Source: a virus
Taxonomy: Duplodnaviria; Caudoviricetes
Length of the DNA: 25,575 bases
Strand: one strand, 5' to 3'
Virus record (IMG/VR): IMGVR_UViG_3300025606_000018
Span: 1-25,575 of that record
Shown piece after piece: positions 24,084 through 25,575 of this stretch (positions within the stretch are counted from its first letter, which is position 1; every line of letters begins with the position of its first letter). Position numbers and translations under genes: made by a program. The notes below the pieces were generated by a model. The model saw only the letters and a list, made by a program, of their open reading frames with translations, was not told the origin of the DNA and ran no database searches.

Positions 24084-25508
24084 TTATCCTCCTGGGTCAA
24101 ATCCAGCCATGACGGGATCGTGGGATACCATCATTTCTTGAAGTGACTTCCAAGTTGGACGCTCTATCTGAAATGTCAAGTCAAGACCGACATTTGAGCT
24201 ACTGAGACACAAGGCCAGCGCGTCAGCCCTATCGGGTGAGGCTATGCCTCTGGCACGCATTGAGTCCTTTGACTCCACGCCAAGCTTGCCCTTGCTGTTG
24301 GTGATTGCACGCCTGCAAGTCAACTGCGCTGTCAAGTCCTCATCCTCTGGAAGTATGATCTCAGCATCTTCAATCTTCTTTGCCATCCCATACCACATCT
24401 CAGAAGACCGATTGGTATAGGCATTGTTGTCATATGCCGTAGCCCCAAAGTTCACCCTATTGACTATCCATCCAGACTCAGCCAAGGCATCGCACATAAC
24501 CATCCCCATCCCGCTTGCGTCAGCGTAGATGTTGTTGGCTTCCAACCCAGCCTTCTTAAACTCGACTATAAACCTGCCTACGGCTGCCATCGTGTCTTTC
24601 TCACGCCAAGCGATCATAGGTAGGATCTTGTTGCCATCGCTTATGCAGATCACGTTCTGATCGCCTCCCGCTGCAAAGTCCACGCCTGCTATGCGTACAC
24701 CTGGTCTGAATCGGGGTGGTGTGTTGTGGCAGTTCTGTAGCTGGGTTAGGTTAATAACTAGGCTTTCCAGCCCTATGTCAACAAACTCGCCGTAGATCAT
24801 AGATCGGGTCAGCGGGTGCTTCTCGCCGTATCGCTGGACTACCTCATCAATCTGAGTCTGCGTTATGTGGGGGCAGTCAAACGCTGTGACTGCGTGCTTC
24901 TGCCACATATTGGCTTCCTTGGTAAACGCTCGATAGAACGCACCGCTAGTCCCGCCTGGGCTGGATGCGATTAGCAAGCGGGTTGGTTGACATCGACTGA
25001 TAGCCTCGAACAGCGGGTCGGCTACGGTCTTGGCTTCGTCCACCACCATCAGCAACGGATGGTATTCGTGGTCCTCTGCGTGCCAACCTTCAGCACGCCC
25101 AGGATCAGTCGCTGAGTAGCCTATAATGCGTGATGTGTTGCCGTTGGGGTGGAGGTAGCGGATCTCGCCAGATGTGACCTCCCAAGCACCGCCAAGCTTG
25201 GCAATGTGATTGCGCAGGCTAGGCCAGAGTTGGCTTTCGACCTGGCGGAAAACGCCTGCCGTAGTTACAGCGATTGAGCGCGGGTAAACGAGCGCGTGCC
25301 ATATCAAAATAGCCGAAATTACGGTGCTGGTCTTGCCAGAGCCGTTGGCTGCACGCAGGGCTACGCGACAGTCTCTAGGCTCTAAATCGCGTAATACCTT
25401 TCTTTGCCAATCATAAAGATTGATACCAAGGACGTTAGAGGCGAAAGCAGATGGTTTAGAGAGGTTTTCAAGTATCTCTTCTTGCGTGCGTTTGGGAGGC
25501 TTTGGCAT
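24084..25508 (-). CDS. terL: Terminase large subunit
   Basis: 474 aa; LYDWQ Q-motif, Walker A AANGSGKT, Walker B LMVVDEA, coupling motif ASSP, RNase H-like nuclease GVDFAAGGD...YADASGMG...SPDRADA. Confidence 0.95.
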   Translation of the reverse strand: MPKPPKRTQEEILENLSKPSAFASNVLGINLYDWQRKVLRDLEPRDCRVALRAANGSGKTSTVISAILIWHALVYPRSIAVTTAGVFRQVESQLWPSLRNHIAKLGGAWEVTSGEIRYLHPNGNTSRIIGYSATDPGRAEGWHAEDHEYHPLLMVVDEAKTVADPLFEAISRCQPTRLLIASSPGGTSGAFYRAFTKEANMWQKHAVTAFDCPHITQTQIDEVVQRYGEKHPLTRSMIYGEFVDIGLESLVINLTQLQNCHNTPPRFRPGVRIAGVDFAAGGDQNVICISDGNKILPMIAWREKDTMAAVGRFIVEFKKAGLEANNIYADASGMGMVMCDALAESGWIVNRVNFGATAYDNNAYTNRSSEMWYGMAKKIEDAEIILPEDEDLTAQLTCRRAITNSKGKLGVESKDSMRARGIASPDRADALALCLSSSNVGLDLTFQIERPTWKSLQEMMVSHDPVMAGFDPGG

Positions 25509-25517
25509 AGGCGTATG

Positions 25518-25574
25518 TTAAGACCTCTTTTTGTTTTGATCCACAATAATTTGGGGGGGTATATGTGTATTAAA
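25518..25574 (-). CDS. Possible 3' end of an upstream gene (terminase small subunit by position)
   Basis: Open frame ...FNTHIPPQIIVDQNKKRS* ending 9 nt before the terL ATG; too short to identify. Confidence 0.25.
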   Translation of the reverse strand, partial: FNTHIPPQIIVDQNKKRS

Positions 25575-25575
25575 T

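Noticed and set aside
24084-25508. Intein or intron in terL
   Set aside because: Normal length with contiguous ATPase and nuclease motifs; no intein splice motifs noticed.
1-25575. Stop-codon reassignment
   Set aside because: Standard-code ORFs tile the window densely; TAA, TGA and TAG (e.g. 15562, 17270) all end genes right before the next start.

Overview
This window is about 25.6 kb of a tailed dsDNA bacteriophage or prophage with a short-tailed (podovirus-type) morphogenesis module. All but one gene lie on the minus strand. Reading in the direction of transcription (right to left): terminase large subunit; a small holin-like ORF plus an overlapping Rz/Rz1-like spanin pair; portal; a SAM-dependent methyltransferase; scaffold; an N4-gp56-like major capsid protein; several small head/decoration ORFs; a LamG-like protein; a small lipoprotein; two Thr/Gly-rich fibre proteins and a fibre chaperone; head-tail adaptor and tail nozzle; four putative ejection (internal virion) proteins, the largest carrying an ADP-ribosyltransferase-like insert; a GH108-like peptidoglycan hydrolase; a lone plus-strand exported protein; then a nuclease/recombination block with three PD-(D/E)XK-type proteins and an SSB-like protein. 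Three ORFs missing from the supplied track were read by hand (1..714, 16075..16203, 23908..24078). The spanins and lipoproteins suggest a diderm host. No rRNA, tRNA, CRISPR array, integrase or reverse transcriptase was seen. All family assignments come from motif recognition and gene order, not from database searches.
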